DNA of 64,000 nt from Lytechinus pictus (taxonomy: Eukaryota). The notes under the pieces were generated by a model. The model saw nothing but the letters and a program-made list of their open reading frames with translations, did not search any database and was not told where the DNA came from. Made by a program: the position numbers and the translations under genes. Positions 13,401 to 25,400 of the stretch are shown here, one piece after another; position 1 is the first letter of the stretch, and each line of letters begins with the position of its first letter. The DNA lies in the NCBI RefSeq assembly GCF_037042905.1, contig NC_087259.1, forward strand, positions 12,338,001 through 12,402,000, given 5' to 3'.

Positions 13401-16400
13401 AATTATTCTGTTATTTTCAATGCATAGTGTAGGTTGAATTTGTAATATTTTTAGGGCACTTACAGTCATCTTGGCAAAGCACGGTGCGGAAAACAAACCC
13501 ATGAGGGCCGGGTTTCCATTAGCAGAGGTGTGATCAAAGAAAGCAATCAATGGAAATTCCTTCTCATCTTTAAAGCTTCCGAGCGTACCAGCCATGCTCA
13601 AGAACTCTCCAGCCATTTTCTGGTTTCTCCAGAAACTCTGCAAAATGGGAGGGGAAAGGTAATAATAAAGCAGCCGCACACCTTACGATTAGTCCGCGAC
13701 CAAATTTGGGAATAAAACATAGTAAAACTTGATGCGAATATTTACATGCTTGAATAAGACATAGTAAAACTTGATGCAAATATTAAGACGTGGAACATAA
13801 TACTGTGCAAGGTTCAATAATCATTGAACAGACACTTATGTTCAAATCTGTGACTGTGGTACCATCATCATTAGAACAAAAGTGAATTGGATATCTAGTT
13901 GAAATTATGTCATAGCAGTTGAACGATTGGCAACGATTTGAAACCAATTTGGACTTTACTCCACAATAAAGGCTTGGACCTGAAATAAAAAGATACTTTT
14001 CATTCACATTTTCAGAAAATAAGCAAAATATGATTTGTTTGAAATTCAGATTGTGGACCACTCGTACAGGTGTGTGGAGGCCCTTTAACGTTAATGATAT
14101 TTGTGATCAAAGAAAGAAATCAATGGATATTCATATTCAATTGAATATTTTTCACTTGGGAAATTTCCATATACTTTGCAGAGAACAATAGCAACATGAA
14201 AATAGAATAACTTAAACTATAAACTACATTAAAATCCTATTTTTTCATTAACTCCTAGCCCGCTTTGTTCGACTAGAGTCACATACAGCAGACTGCCAAG
14301 TTCGACTAAAGTCACTTTCTATTCACAATACACACAGAGTGCATGAAGTCTATTGTTCATACACACATACACAATAGTGATGTGTGCTTCGCATTGTACT
14401 GTGTTCACACAAAGCTTTTCTTTACAATTAACCAATCAAAAGCTATTATTGTGAGCTGAAGTAGCAAAGTCCATGCAAAACCACTGTTGAGGTGGAAATC
14501 AATGTGGTGCAGGAGGGATGTTGTCTGTAGCGGACAAAGAGTTAATAGCAAAAATCTGATGATTTACCTTCTTGTATGTAACAATAAAATGCACTCCATA
14601 ATCACCAAAAGGAAGCTTACGGGGTACTTCGAGGGGCGGGGAGAGCTCCATCTTGCCTGTTGAAAGGGGGGAGGGGTGAGTTCAATGAGAGAAACAATCG
14701 ACAGTTAATTCCATTGACCAAATAGATAAAATAGCTCATCAAATAAAATAAATTCAATCATTTCTGACCCTATTCAAGATGTTCTGGTATTTCAGATATA
14801 CATCATCTTGCAGTGTGAAATGCTGTATTATTAGATAGCTGGTCACATGATGATAATAATAAGAATAATAATGATAATGAAACTCGGTACTTGTTTAGTG
14901 CAATCTATCTAGAAATAATCTATTCCGAGGAATGCAAGTATTATCATCTCAGCTGTAGCTCCAGTTGCCATTTCCAGTACTCGGTGAATTCAAGGAAAAT
15001 ATCCCGACGGGTACCATTCATCTAAAGGCCTGGTCCCACTGCCCGAACTTTGTTGGAGCGTTCCTTGAATGGTAGGGAGAGGGGGCCAAATTTCGACAAC
15101 GCTCGTCACCGCGAACAAAATGGGGGAAAATAAAAAAAACACGGGCATTGCCTTAGCGGTGCACCGCTGAAGCCGGCGTTGCTTTAGCGTAGGTTAAACG
15201 GTAGCAAACGGTAGCGAGCATTGGTTTAGTGCTGATGCGAGCGTTGATAGAGCGACGTTCTTCGCATGCGGGCGTTGGCTCAGCGGGGATTTAAAGTTGA
15301 TTTAGCGGCATACCGCTTTTGACTATGGAGCTGAACGGATCTCTTTGATAGAAGTTCTGATAGATTCCAAATGGGCTCCCGGTCCATTTCTCCCCGTATT
15401 TAGAGCCAAATGCTGGTCCCGCTTCGACACCTCCATACTAACGCCAAACCAAAGTTCAGCACCGCATTGGATCGCTGCTTCAACGCCTGACACCATTCCA
15501 GCAATCCTGTGTCTGCTCATAAAACACAACCGCTCCACCAAAGTTTGTGCAACGTTTAATCACCACCCGGGCAAAGCTGGCGAGGCAGCAGTGGTCCAGC
15601 GTTCAAGATTTCTGCATTGTTCTAACGGACCCATGCGTTCACGAATATGTATCTAGCGGTGCCAAACTTTGACTGGGCGTTGTTGGAGATGTGGTGAACT
15701 TTGCCGGAACGGAAAACTTGCCTGCTCTGACCGCTCGCAATATTTTGTGCAGCTCAAAAATTTTGGTGGTGGCCGAGCGTAAACGGCGTAGCCTTATCAC
15801 GGGCCAACTTCTGTTAAACGGTAACGAGCGGTGATGATTCCAGGAACGGTCTAGCAAAGTACTGGCGGTGTGACCAGGCCTTAACCTGGGTTGAGTGCAG
15901 TATAATGTGGGTAAATATATTGCTGAAGAAAACATGCCAGGGCTGGATTCAAATCCACAACGCACTAAATGTAAGGCAAGAGTCAGAACCACTAGATTGT
16001 GGTCTACAATGCCCACACTATTACGTAATGATGATGATTATGATGATGATAATATTAATGATAAAGATGATGATCATAATAATATTTCTAGCAATAATAA
16101 AAATATTCAGTTTTCAGTTCTTGTACAGTGCGTATCATGTACCATTCAATGTTTTTAGACACTTCTAAAGGGACTTCATAAAACCGTGACTTTAGTCTGG
16201 CAAAAGTAATGATATGAACTCACATATATCTCTAGATGGGATGGCCATGATGACCACCTTTGCCTCCAATGTCCGGCCTGACTTGGTCTTGACCGTGGCC
16301 TTGGTCTTGTCAGCAGTCTGCTCAATACGTGTCACCGCATCGCCTATCGTGACCCTATCACTGCCAACCTTCTCATACAGCCTCTCACCAAGCCGCTGGC

Positions 16401-19400
16401 AACCACCCTGGAAGAAAATGATGGTCATTTATTCAAATTTATTTATTCATTCATTCATTCATTACAAGTTTTAGAGTCGGATGATTGATTTACGAAACAA
16501 AGAGGTAAAATACAGGTCACTAATCAAATCGTCTGGGACCACAAAAATATTGCATAATCTGATATTTAAAAAAATGGTTAGGCTTGGTGAACATTTAGAC
16601 ATATGGAAAATTAACTTAAGTTCCCCTGTAGCACATCTTAGTTTAAATCCATAATGAGGGGAATCCATTAAAAATAATAAGGTCAAGACAAAGTTCAAAT
16701 AAAAGTCCATGAGAGTTCTGAATTATGATACTGTAAACAAAGTTCTGTAAAAGGTCCTGTTACAAGAAGCTCTTGAAGTTTTTAGTCCACTTTGGTACTA
16801 GGATGGTCAGTAAAGAACCGAAGAGAAGATATGGGGGTAGGTTAGAGTCTCCTGTATCAAGGACTTCTTCAAGATATCCTCCTTAGTCTCCCTCAAGTCA
16901 GGACGATCAATTAGGTTGTCCAAAATGACAGTAGACCAAGGGTTAGCCATGGTGGCATCGGATGATCTGAAAATTAGACCATCTGTTATTGGACAAGTAG
17001 ATACAGCTCTATTGCCTACCTTGAATTTAAGATCCATTCGTCCAGTTCCCTCTCCTCCGATGTGCTTCTCCCAGCTGCCACAGCTACGGATCATGCACAT
17101 GTACTGGAGGACTGAGAGTAGATTGGGGGACATCCCGCAGAATGTCCCTATCATTGTACTGGCCATGTCCTTTGCTCCTGAAAAAAAAGGGACAAAGGTT
17201 CATGAAAGCTTTTTTATGGACTGTGCCGTTTCTAACACCACCACCACAAAAGCTAGAGCTATAATGTAGAGGGTTTGCAATCCAGGGGAATTGGAACTCG
17301 AGTTGCCAAATAAATTGATACTCTATTGGACTGATGTAGGCAACAGTAGAATGTTAAGATTTAAAACACTGATGTTGTTCGCTTGGAACTAGCATTTCAA
17401 ACAACATGAGAAAGTACCCCAAAAATTAAGATTGGTCATAGTCTATTAGAAACTTTAGTACTCCTTGTTTAATTTCCTTGAATGTCTGTATGACAACAAT
17501 CTTTCTTCTGATTTTCCACTTTCCTCTCGTCTCCTTAGTTGTACCTCCTTACAAATATTTTGTAAATGCTTCCTGAAACATTTGCCAATTGGTAAAATTA
17601 TAAAATTTCATCAAGATCTGATAGCTAATAAAGAAATTTATTGAATTTTAAATTTCATCAATATTTTGTTAAACAGTTAAATGCATGTCGTCATGAATAT
17701 CCAATAGGTGGGCTTAAATTATCATATCATCAATTCGCTCATTAAATATGCATGATGACATGCAAACATCTGTTTTACCGAAATAATGCAAATATTCAAA
17801 ATGTCATATTTTTATTATTCCTTGTCGGATTTTGATCAAATTTTCACTGTTTTGTTTGTCTGATTTTTCTCAATCTATTCAAAACAATATTATTTAAAAT
17901 CAAGAAGCATAGAGAAACGGGATATGCTGTGACGGACCAGCAGCAGCCTTACCCTGAAGATATAGAAACTTTGGAATAAACTGTTCCATGGTGGTATCCT
18001 CCCATTCAGAGCAGTTCTCTGTAGCAGTAATGTCCTTGAAGTTCACCTTCTCGGCAAGCTTGTCCATCTGATACCAGCATTTAGAACGGAAATACAGAAA
18101 ATCATGAGTGGTGATGATAATGAAAATGATGACATTTATTATGGGAATTCTTGGTGAAGGGGTGTCCAACGATAAGAATCAGATTTATAGCCCGATCTCT
18201 GTTGACTCTGGTACCCTCAGGACCGGGCTAGCCCCACAATCAGAGAAAAGGTCTAATCCAGCATTTATGATAATACAGTGTTATGGTGTTTTGCATTTGT
18301 TGACCTCAAGAAGACCTTTCATTAAGTACCAATGAAGGATGTCAGACAAAGTATATGTAGGGAAAGAGGACTGGCTGGACAAATATGGCACTTTTCGAAG
18401 GAGCATGGGGGGTGTTTCACAAATAGTTTAGTATGACTTAAGAGTCGCACTTAAATGCCGATGCGTACATCATATGCAACACGCCATCTTATTGATCAAT
18501 TACACGGTAGTGCGTGTCCTCTTGGCATGATCTGACCAATGCGGTCATGCCTTTTATAAAGCCAGCAACTAGGTCATACTTAAATCTTTGTGAAACACCC
18601 CCCCCCCCCATTAAAATCAAAGAAGCATAGAGAAACGGGATATGCTGTGACGGACCAACAGCAGCCTTACCCTGAAGATATAGAAACTTTGGAATAAACT
18701 GTTCCATGGTGGTATCCTCCCCAGGTCTGCAGATACCTGGCGGGTATTTCATAAAGCTGTTCGTAGATTAAGAGCGACTTTTAAAAATAACTTGTTAACC
18801 TTTCTTACGTGCTAAAAAATCACCAATGAACATCTTAGGGTGAATATCATTTACCACAAGAAAGGATCATCAGTCGTTCACAAAGTCACTCTTAACTTAC
18901 AAACAGCTTGATGAAATGGCTCCCCAAAAAATTGTATTACTGTCAATAAGTACCATCAGAAAGTCAAAAAGGGGCCTAAGCTTTCGATCCTAGCAGAATC
19001 TTCGTCGGAGGCAAAATGACAAACATATAAAGTGGAACAACCATAATATAGACCACAAACAAGCTACAGCAACACTAGAAACAAGGAGACAAAAGGGGCA
19101 TTAGTGAGTAGAGAAGACCAATCAGGTTAGTGAAGGGGATGAAAGAAAAGGAGTAGGCAGACACAAAGGGAAGTTAGTGTAAGTAAGGCCAGTAAAAGAC
19201 CTCAAGCCAAGAGGGATTAAAATAATGAGGCAGGCAACATCAAACAGGATCTGGAACAAAACAGTGATAATGGGATGAAAAACAAGAGAATTATATAGTG
19301 AGAGGTGGGTCAAACAGGTTACAAAGAAAGGCTTAATAAACTGGTGCATAAGAGTGGGGGAAAAAAAGAAAAAGAATGGGGAACAACTGATAATGTGCAA

Positions 19401-22400
19401 AAGACATATGTATATATGATAAAGCATTAAACAAACTAAGAGAAGAAGGTAAGTGTAAATATGTATCTATAAGTAATATGTATATAAATATATCAAAAAA
19501 AGAAATGTATATGAAAAAATATATAAATACACATATGGTGTAACTGATATTGTAATCCGCTAGGTGTGACGGGAAAAAAACATAAGACTATATAGTAGGA
19601 AAAAAAAAAAAAACCTGTATATGTGAAAAAGAGGAAGCAAATTGCCTAAAAAGGTAAAAGCAATTATAGAAGAGAGGGGGTGTATTATGAAGAAACCATA
19701 GTATACATGTAAATAAGCAAATGTGGTAAATCTAAAAGAGGTGAGTGGAGAAAAAACAAATATATATATATATATATATAATAATTATTATATCGCCTGA
19801 ATAAGGAAGGAAAAATTGGAGCTGAGCTTGTATGAGATATGGGAGGAAAGTAGAGTAAGAAACTATAATGTAACTATTCAAAAGAGCTGAGGGGAAAAAT
19901 TATATGTATATATAAATTGAAAGTGGATAGGAAAGAAAAATCAGTCGTTCCCCTCTTGGATGTTCAGGCCATGAGGTTGGGTGGTGCGAAGTCGTCTCAT
20001 CCAGAGCTTCTCCCTGCTAGTACGGACTGAGTCAGGACGGGTACCTAAAGATTCGATGCCCTGTAGCATCATGTCAGTGATGGAGTGGTTGGGGAGGTTA
20101 AAATGGCGGCCAACTGGAGTGTCCAGCTTTGCTGTGTTGACGGTGGATCTGTGCCCGTAGAATCGTTTCTTGAGTGTGGTCTTGGTTTCCCCTATGTATT
20201 GTACCCTACAAACTCTGCAAGTGATGAGATATACAACATTAGTGGTAGTGCATGTGATGTTGCCCTTGATTTGGTGAGACAGGCTGGTAGAGTTGCTGGT
20301 GAAAGGATCGCCCTCGTGAAGGTGTATTTCACATATGATGCACCTGTTGCTGGTGCATTTGAAGGTGCCATGCTGTATGGGAGAAGAATGGTTAGTGAGG
20401 GAGGGCACTTCAGCACGAACAATGAGGTCCCTGAGATTCGGTGGGCGTCGGTATGCTAGAAGGGGAGTATCGGGAACGGCCTGTTGGAGACGATCAGAAG
20501 TGTGTAAAATGTGGTGGTTATCAAACAGGATTTTGCGGAGAGGGGGTAGATTGGGATGGAAGGTGGTCACAAGCGGTATTCTGTCGGTGGTCTCCTTGTC
20601 ACTTTTTGGTTTGAGAACTTCAGATCTGGGGAGAGAACGAACTTTGTTAATTGACAGTTGGACTGCCCTGGCCCCGTGGCCCCTGGCACAGAGATGTTTC
20701 TGCAAATTCCTGGCATGGAAGGAAAAATCAGGGTCCTCGGAGCAGATACGGCGAAGTCTGAGGGCTTGACTGTAAGCGATGCCGGTTTTGCAGTGACAGG
20801 GGTGGCAGCTGGATGAGTGGAGGTACTGGTGGGTATCTGTGGGTTTAGAGTATAGGGTAGTGGTGATACCATTAGACTTTTTCTGGACTGTAACATCAAG
20901 GAAGTGGGTTTCCTGTTGGGAGAAATCAGAAGTGAATTTGATGGTCCTGTGGAAGGAATTGATGTGGTCAATGAATGTATGGAGGCTGTCTTCATCCCTG
21001 GTCCAGATGAAGAAAATGTCGTCTATGTAACGCCACCAAATCCATGGGCGACAGGGGGCTGAATCTAACATCTGCTGTTCCAGCTTGGTCATGAAGAGAC
21101 AGGCGAATGAAGGAGCCATCCGGGTGCCCATTGCTGTACCGAATATCTGTAGGTAGTGCTTGCCCATGAATGTGAAGTTGTTTTTTGTTAGTACATGAGA
21201 CATCAGAGATTTGATATCGGATATGGGGGGACTGGAATGGCCACTGGCGGCCAAGGCTTCACATGATGCTTGGATACCTTCGTCGTGGGGAATGCTGGTG
21301 TACAGTGAAGAAACATCGAAAGTGCCGATGATCGCAGTCTCGGGTATCTGGTCCTTGATGTCATTTAGTTTCCTGAGAAAGTCTGGAGTGTCGTGGATGT
21401 AAGAGGGTGCACGTGAGACAAGGGGCTTAATGTGGTAATCAACAAAAAGGGAGATGTTCTCTGTTGAGGAACCATTTCCTGAGAGGATGGGTCGACCGGG
21501 GTTGCCAGGTTTGTGGATCTTCGGGAGGAGATAGAAGCGGGCAGGTTTAGCATTAGTAGGGGAGAGAAATTTGTGGGCCTTCTCAGAGAGATGCTCGTGT
21601 TCTTTCATGTCATTCAGTGTCGATTGGATCTGTAGAGAGAAATTAAGTACCATCATAATTTTTGGGACATCATAATTTTTGGGACATGCTTTAGTTAGGT
21701 ATTTTCATCTCAGTGAAATGTTTTCTTGTGAAACATCCTCTCATTTCGACTCCAAGAAACATCTATCCTCTATCAATAATGACATCATATCCGGGGGAGC
21801 ATGGCTTGAAGCAAACTGTCAGACAATTTCATTGACAATTGTTACAAGCTACTGAAATCCTTGCATCTGATTGGCTCAGAGCAGATTGGTCATTGAAAAG
21901 CTCTCCTGATTCTCACCTTTCTGAAGTATCTCAGGAGGTCGACGAGTGAGGTGTAGCCCAGCGGAGGAATGGATCCAGAGTATTTCTTGATCTTCCCATC
22001 AGGGAGCTGCCAGTGCTTGGAACCTTTGTCATAGTGAGGATACGTCTCCAACCCAAACTCCTTGATTAAGGCCTGCATCAGAGGCTGGGCACTGGGGAGA
22101 ACATTGCAAGAGATATTGGGGATTACAACCAACCAAATATATTGCACTTGAATGGCGATCAAAATTGGATGTATATATATGGATTATAACAGACCCCCAA
22201 AATACACTTGGATAGTGATCAGACTTGATGTATGCATATTACTTGGATTAACAGAATCGGCCACATAATAATAATAATAATATATAGCATTTATGAGGAG
22301 CCGATTTACCTAGTTTCCTATTCAATGGGGCACTGTATATTACCCTGCTGTAGCTCCAGCTGCTAAAGGCACATTCAAGGAATTGATCCTGCCGGGTACC

Positions 22401-25400
22401 CATTCACCTCACCTGGGTTGAGTGCAGCACAATGTGGATAAATTTCTTGCTGAAGGAAAACACGCCGTGGCTGAGATCCGAACCCACGTCCCTCTCATTG
22501 AAAGACGAGATTCGTAATCACTTGACCATGACGCCCCCATAGAAACGTTGTTTATAGGGCTCGCAGAGCACTTAAACATAGTCCCAAGTCACATCTTTCT
22601 GATTGTGATGTCAAAAATTAATCCAAGATGTAAGTCACACGTACTAACATTAGGCATTGGTGAGACATCACCGGTTGTGACAATGCCTCTGTTAAGTGCA
22701 TTGTTAGCACTAACAACGTTTCTGTACGTCGGTACCAACTGGGATGAATGCATTCCATCTAGAGCTGCAGAATATAATGACAATATTAAAATATTGTGAC
22801 ATTAAAACTGAATCGAGGAGACCATCGTTTGTCCATGACATATTGTCTATTATTGAGGTTTTCATGTGAAATGCCTTGAAATGCTTTAACCCTAACCAGG
22901 ACGGCTATTTTGGGTGTTGGGGGTGATCTCGGCCCCTGATTGGTAGCAATTAAAAATTTTAAAAATCCTGGTTTGAAAATGAATTTCTTATGTATTTTAT
23001 TGTTTTTAGAATTTCTTGTGCATTTCATTGTTATTTGACCTGTTGTATTTCTTCTTTCTTTTTTTAAGTACCTGTTGTATATCTTCATTTTTCACCAAAT
23101 TTATAGAAGCTTTTTTAAACATAATTAAGTTAAAATCAATAAATTCCAGCTGATGAAAGTAAAAATAATCATATCTGTATGAATAAGATGAGAAAACTAA
23201 ATTTACATCGACTTTGTACACAAAATCATGTTTTGGAGCAATTTTGGATCCAACATGCACTTACGTAATGTTGTCTAATTTTTCAACCGCACACCCAAGC
23301 ATCATAAATTTGGTCTCAATAGATGTGCAAGACTTCTAAGTAAAAAGTCAGCAAGCGGCGTAGTTGAAAAATTTTGCACAGTGGTTTGGTCGCTAAAAAT
23401 GTCGAGGGGAGTTGATTCATCCCCCCCCCCAGCGGTTTTAGGGTTAAGTCTATCTTAAATATTTGGTAATGGTTCAATAATGTGAAATTATACAAGAGTA
23501 TCATCTAACATTCCGACATCACAAAGGCCTAGCAGTCGTTGGATGTTTATTCAGTTGTTACAAATCAAATTTGATTTTTTTTTCAGCCATTAGCATTAAT
23601 GTCTAGATCTAATGTCTTCTCTCAATAATGTTTATTTCACAATGTTACATGGGCTTTCCTTACTTACGAAGGTGACTGGCATGTAATACCCCTTCTCATT
23701 CATGGAATGGGCTGAAAATTATGGGATACATTCTTTGTTATCACAAGTATCTTTCAGAATATCCAATTACTAAATCTGTACAGTGAGTGCTTAAAGGGAT
23801 ATTTCAAATAAGAGTTTTTTAAATTGCTGCAAGTGGAACTAGATGCCAGATTCAAATGAAAATGCCAAATTTACAATTTGAATGGCTGAAAAGGGATTAA
23901 ATGACTAAAAAACTTATTTGAATAATAGATAATACTTGAGTCCAATTCACATTACTGTGGTATCACTATGTAAACAGTACTTGTAAATGTTTGTCAAGTA
24001 ATCAGAGACATGGCTTCACGAACGGGAATGGGATTGGATGAAGAAGTGGGAGTAGAAGTAGGAGTGTGGGAGCTGGAGTGGAAGTGAGTGGAAGTGGGAT
24101 GGGAGTGGAAGTGAGTGGAAGTGGGATGGAAGTGAGATGGGAGTGGAAGTGAGATGGGAGTGGAAGTGGGATGGGAGTGAGATGGGAGTGATGGGATTGG
24201 AAGTGAGATGGGAGTGGAAGTGAGATGGGAGTGGAAGTGGGATGGGAGTGGAAGTGAGATGGGAGTGGAAGTGAGATGGGAGTGGAAGTGAGATGGGAGT
24301 GGAAGTGAGATGGGAGTGGAAGTGAGATGGGAGTGGAAGTGAGATGGGAGTGGAAGTGAGATGGGAGTGGAAGTGAGATGGGAGTGGAAGTGGGATGGGA
24401 GTGGAAGTGAGATGGGAGTGGAAGTGAGATGGGAGTGGAAGTGAGATGGGAGTGGAAGTGGGATGGAAGTGGAAGTGAGATGGGAGTGGAAGTGGGATGG
24501 GAGTGGAAGGGAGATGGGAGTGGAAGTGGGATGGGAGTGAGATGGGAGTGATGGGATTGGAAGTGAGATGGGAGTGGAAGTGAGATGGGAGTGGAAGTGG
24601 GATGGGAGTGGAAGTGAGATGGGAGTGGAAGTGAGATGGGAGTGGGATGGGAGTGGAAGTGAGATGGGAGTGGAAGTGGGATGGGAGTGGAAGTGAGATG
24701 GGAGTTGAAGTGAGATGGGAGTGGAAGTGAGATGGGAGTGGAAGTGGGATGGAAGTGGAAGTGAGATGGGAGTGGAAGTGGGATGGGAGTGGAAGTGAGA
24801 TGGGAGTAGAGGTGAGTGGAAGTGGGATGGGAGTGGAAGTGAGATGGGAGTGGAAGTGAGATGGGAGTGGAAGTGGGATGGGAGTGGAAGTGAGATGGGA
24901 GTTGAAGTGAGATGGGAGTGGAAGTGAGATGGGAGTGGAAGTGGGATGGAAGTGGAAGTGAGATGGGAGTGGAAGTGGGATGGGAGTGGAAGTGAGATGG
25001 GAGTAGAGGTGAGTGGAAGTGGGATGGGAGTGGAAGTGAGATGGGAGTGGAAGTGAGATGGGAGTTGAAGTGAGATGGGAGTGGAAGTGAGATGGGAGTG
25101 GAAGTGGGATGGAAGTGGAAGTGAGATGGGAGTGGAAGTGGGATGGGAGTGGAAGTGAGATGGGAGTAGAGGTGAGTGGAAGTGGGATGGGAGTGGAAGT
25201 GAGATGGGAGTGGAAGTGAGATGGGAGTAAAAGTGGGATGGGAGAGGAAGTGAGATGGGAGTGGAAGTGAGATGGGTGTGGGATGGGAGTGGAAGTGAGA
25301 TGGGAGTGGAAGTGAGATGGGAGTAGAGGTGAGTGGAAGTGGGATGGGAGTGGAAGTGAGATGGGAGTGGAAGTGAGATGGGAGTAAAAGTGGGATGGGA

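Larger units (their letters stand above)
18959..21643 (-). mobile_element. 5'-truncated Penelope-like retroelement (Neptune-like Cys linker)
   Basis: 12-bp TSD TAAGTACCATCA at 18947-18958 and 21644-21655; RT+GIY-YIG ORF; ~1-kb 3' UTR ending in a hammerhead motif. Confidence 0.93.

Noticed and set aside
15323-16016. GC-rich ORFs inside the Harbinger-type element as transposase
   Set aside because: Short, with no DDE or Myb motifs; the element is only 856 bp.
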